A stretch of 64,000 nucleotides of DNA from Nitrosopumilus sp. (GTDB lineage: Archaea > Thermoproteota > Nitrososphaeria > Nitrososphaerales > Nitrosopumilaceae): NCBI GenBank assembly GCA_965224195.1, contig OZ245040.1:1920001-1984000 (forward strand), read 5' to 3'. Below, in pieces: positions 60,732-64,000 of this stretch; position 1 is the first letter of the stretch, and every line of letters begins with the position of its first letter. The position numbers and the translations under genes were made by a program. Below the pieces are notes generated by a model. It was not told where the DNA came from. It did no database searches and saw only the letters and a program-made list of their open reading frames with translations.

Positions 60732-61637
60732 CTAAAATCTTGGAACGACTCTAGATTTTGCAGTTACTGCTACGATGCTTATGATTGCGACAGCTAGTAT
60801 CATCATTGCAATTGTACCAAATTCTGGGACAACGTTTGAGAATACAACTTCTTCACCAATTGGTCCTGTTTTAGGATCATCAACACCATAACCTTGGAAG
60901 GTAATAGTAATGTCTACTGGATCAGAAGAGTCTAATGCTGCTGTAGTATGCATGCCATTTCCATCATGATGATGTGCACCTTCGTCCATCAAAACTTCCA
61001 CGCCGTTTTGTGTAACCATCATATCGTGATTAACATGTTCAGCGTCTTCACCATCTGCACCTTCAAATTCAATAGAAATCTCCATTGCTTTTCCTGCAGT
61101 TGGTGTCGAAGTCCAAATTGAAACCATTGTACCATCTGATAACATACCGGTTGCGGTTGCATCACCTTCAGTCATCATATCGTCATGATCATCCATAGCA
61201 TCATGATCATCACCGTGATCATCGTCATCAGCTCCTACTTCTTGTACTACGATCATACCTGCCATCCAAGGATGGACTATACAGAAGTAAGGTTGTTCAC
61301 CTGCTTCAGTTGGGGACCATTCAAATGAACTTCCTGCCATTGCTAGACTGGAATCAAATACGGCTCCAACAGAATCAGCATCTGATGCTTCACCTGATGT
61401 GAATGTATGTGCCGCACTATCGGTGTTTGAGAAAATTACTTTTCCACCAACATCAACAGTTGCAGTACTTGGAATGAAACATCCTTCTGGAGTTTCTTCA
61501 CATCCTGAAGAACCAGAACCTGCTGTAGGTTCAATTGTAACCTCTGCATGATCTGCAAAAGCAGCTGGGGTCATTGCGACCATACCTGCTGCAATAGCAA
61601 ATAGTACGAAGAATGAGCTAAGTGCTTTAGTCTTCAT
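60732..61637 (-). CDS. blue copper protein with His/Asp linker and PEFG-CTERM
   Basis: AHTFTSG, YFCIVHPWM, DDDHGDDH, VVPEFG plus TM; start MKTKALS. Confidence 0.9.
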   Translation of the reverse strand: MKTKALSSFFVLFAIAAGMVAMTPAAFADHAEVTIEPTAGSGSSGCEETPEGCFIPSTATVDVGGKVIFSNTDSAAHTFTSGEASDADSVGAVFDSSLAMAGSSFEWSPTEAGEQPYFCIVHPWMAGMIVVQEVGADDDDHGDDHDAMDDHDDMMTEGDATATGMLSDGTMVSIWTSTPTAGKAMEISIEFEGADGEDAEHVNHDMMVTQNGVEVLMDEGAHHHDGNGMHTTAALDSSDPVDITITFQGYGVDDPKTGPIGEEVVFSNVVPEFGTIAMMILAVAIISIVAVTAKSRVVPRF

Positions 61638-61693
61638 AGCAAAATTACTTGGTTGGATACATAAAAACCTCACTGGAATTTCCAGCATTAGAA

Positions 61694-62512
61694 TCAGTTT
61701 TTTCTAATCTGGTACATTTTTAGAATTCCAAAAATAGGAATTCCTACATACATTCCAATGTTTAATAGTACTATGGAGATGCCATATCCTAGCATTTCTT
61801 CTTCAGAATTTATCTCAACATGACTAAGTAAAGATAGTGATGATAACATTGGAGTTAATCCCATTTTTACAACTTCTTTGAAAATTACATTTTCTCTTTC
61901 AAAGTCAGCTATTGATGGTGAAAATGAATAATAGAATTGATTAAATCCGTTCATGAATACAGTTCCAGATTTTGTTGATAACACTGTGTTATCTCTAAGT
62001 TCTCTTAGTTGTTGAACTTGTGGTGCCATTTCAGAACCATATGTTGCAGTTGCAATTAAACATCCTCCATTTTCTTTAGGTGGTGTATTATTTCCTGGTG
62101 TAGATGGTTCCGCATGTGCTTCTCCTACTGTAATATCAAATGATACTGTTTCAGTTGGAATTGGCTGAAACAAAATTTTTTCTATTTCAAAATCTATTGC
62201 ATATACTCCATCCCCAAGGTTAAATTCAATTGGAATTTTTACAGACCCAACTGATGTATGAGTTAATGGAATTGGTCCAAACACTTTTTCACCATCTTTA
62301 GAAACAGAAATGGTATAGTCAATATGCTCTTGGATTTTTTGTGTTTGAGGATTTAGAAAATCAATGTTTATTTTTGTTTGAACATTTGGCTCAATAATGT
62401 CATGTGTTAGTTTTACATCAAGTGTACCTTTCTCTGTAGGCAAAGTTTGGGATTCAGCAAATGCTGGAATTACTAATAATGGAATAAGTAATACTGCAAG
62501 TAAAAATTTCAT
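61694..62512 (-). CDS. secreted protein with CFI-box-CTERM domain
   Basis: HIDY motif; GGCLIATATYGSEMAPQVQQLRELRD. Confidence 0.88.
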   Translation of the reverse strand: MKFLLAVLLIPLLVIPAFAESQTLPTEKGTLDVKLTHDIIEPNVQTKINIDFLNPQTQKIQEHIDYTISVSKDGEKVFGPIPLTHTSVGSVKIPIEFNLGDGVYAIDFEIEKILFQPIPTETVSFDITVGEAHAEPSTPGNNTPPKENGGCLIATATYGSEMAPQVQQLRELRDNTVLSTKSGTVFMNGFNQFYYSFSPSIADFERENVIFKEVVKMGLTPMLSSLSLLSHVEINSEEEMLGYGISIVLLNIGMYVGIPIFGILKMYQIRKN

Positions 62513-62627
62513 ATTTTTACTTTTAAAATCGGAAATAAAAGTTGTACTCTGTTTTCTAAATGAAAAAAATTATCACGCGTAGAAATACTGTACCAGCTTT
62601 AAATATGGAATTGGTACAATTTTTGTA

Positions 62628-64000
62628 TTGTATAATAAATTTGCATTATTCATTTCAATAATTGGTATTTTCTCAATTGCTATTATTCTACCTGATGCAT
62701 TTGGACATGGGCTTGGAGGAGATCAAGCCGAACCAATATCATTTGATGGTATGGAAGTAACTGTTCGTACACAATTGAGTCCGTCTGATATTACAGCAGG
62801 AGATGTTGACTCTGCTAACATGCAAGTACGTTTCTTTGACACATTAACTGATGAGAATCTTGACAAAGTCACTTACAGAGTAGAAGTTTGGCAAAGTGGT
62901 GAACTATTAGCTAGAAATTTGTTTTATGACCTGGATGGAAGATTAGATGTTCAAATTAAACCAAAAACTGGATGTGATGAACTTAATCTTCATGAATGTT
63001 CAATTTATTATGGTTCTGAACATGTGAGTGCTCCTGGTGCATTATTTGTACAGGGAGCCGATTGTACTGATGATAATTTAGATATCTGTGCAAGACCATC
63101 AATTACTGGTCCAATTTTTGTTAAAGGTGGATTATACAAAATTAGAGTTGATATTGAAGCTGCTACTAGTCCAAGAACTGTACTAGCCAATTTACTAAGT
63201 TACGAAACTTTTGTAAGTGTTGCACAGGATCAAAATTTTTCTTTCCAAACTGCAAATGCTGAAGAAATTCCAGTTGTAATTAAAACATATTATGACGATG
63301 TTGATAATTTTAAATTTGATAATTCAGATAACTCAATTTCTTTTGATATGCCATTTGATTGGAGTCCAGATTACGTTAACTTAGTACAAGTAGTACATGA
63401 AGAAGTTAGAGTTCCAAAAACATTTGCACCTTATGCAGATGGAAAACAATTCAAGGGTTATGTTAATGGTGTTGAAATTGATCAGAGAGCCTTACTTAAT
63501 GATCCATATTCATCTGAAGATACAAATATTGTTCATTTTTTAATTACCAAAAATGAATTAGAAAAAATTAATGAAACTCTTGGTCCTTCTAATTATAATA
63601 ATTTACAGATGGATTTGAAATTAGTTCCATTAGATGAAGTATCAAAAAGTTTTACTGAATTTTATCTTGTAGATGCTTCCAATTATGAACAACAAGTTCC
63701 AACTACTGTAAATATTTCATGGGATGGAAAATACGGCGCTAACCAAGAAATTCCTTTTGAGTTTACATTCTTTAATGAAAATAGAGAATTAATCAAAGAT
63801 TTGAGATATGGATATGCGGTAATGGATGAATCTCAGCAAGAATTATTTAGATATACTCCTAGTGATATAGCTCTTCCTGGAATTATATCTGTTGAAGGAT
63901 TAGATGTTCAAGAAATCTATGTTCCTTCTGAAGGTTATGTTCAAGTTGATGTTTGGGTATATGGAACCGGATTAGATTACAATCCAACATATGCTGGAAT
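62628..64000 (+). CDS. large secreted surface protein (3' end outside window), absent from ORF track
   Basis: [13 protein letters not shown]...[16 protein letters not shown]...; frame appears open to the window end. Confidence 0.8.
   Translation, partial: MYNKFALFISIIGIFSIAIILPDAFGHGLGGDQAEPISFDGMEVTVRTQLSPSDITAGDVDSANMQVRFFDTLTDENLDKVTYRVEVWQSGELLARNLFYDLDGRLDVQIKPKTGCDELNLHECSIYYGSEHVSAPGALFVQGADCTDDNLDICARPSITGPIFVKGGLYKIRVDIEAATSPRTVLANLLSYETFVSVAQDQNFSFQTANAEEIPVVIKTYYDDVDNFKFDNSDNSISFDMPFDWSPDYVNLVQVVHEEVRVPKTFAPYADGKQFKGYVNGVEIDQRALLNDPYSSEDTNIVHFLITKNELEKINETLGPSNYNNLQMDLKLVPLDEVSKSFTEFYLVDASNYEQQVPTTVNISWDGKYGANQEIPFEFTFFNENRELIKDLRYGYAVMDESQQELFRYTPSDIALPGIISVEGLDVQEIYVPSEGYVQVDVWVYGTGLDYNPTYAG

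Noticed and set aside
286-63190. Numerous antisense ORFs in the track (e.g. 286..660, 2450..2794, 14382..14717, 15065..15499, 34938..35579, 50204..50572, 63008..63190)
   Set aside because: They shadow well-supported genes on the opposite strand and have no recognisable motifs.

Overview
AT-rich archaeal chromosome segment whose gene content points to an ammonia-oxidising thaumarchaeon (Nitrosopumilus-like): Topo VI A/B, histone, rps11, rps17e, aIF-2beta, Rio1/Pno1, RtcB, valS, purA/purB/pyrF, cupredoxins and PEFG-CTERM/CFI-box-CTERM surface proteins. It also carries tRNA-Cys(GCA) and tRNA-Thr(CGT). Two accessory regions interrupt the core. Island 1 (19742-28120) is bounded by a perfect 16-bp direct repeat that overlaps the tatD stop codon on one side and the likely rps17e TATA box on the other. 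It holds a frameshifted tyrosine integrase, virus-like gene relics and a half HsdS. Nested inside it is a 4.6-kb element (19912-24500) with 50-bp terminal inverted repeats. That element encodes a SWIM/Zn-ribbon IS6-like transposase, an AbrB-like regulator with three palindromic operators, a propeptide-free proteasome-beta-like protease, a divergent wHTH pair and a small membrane/bactofilin operon. It is the best candidate for an undescribed system. Island 2 (~45560-54320) is a decayed region of IS5/IS1595 elements, toxin-antitoxin remnants, a second integrase relic and a 161-bp inverted duplication. The right end of the window is a metal (Zn/Cu) uptake and surface-protein cluster. All product calls come from motif recognition by eye; no database searches were run.
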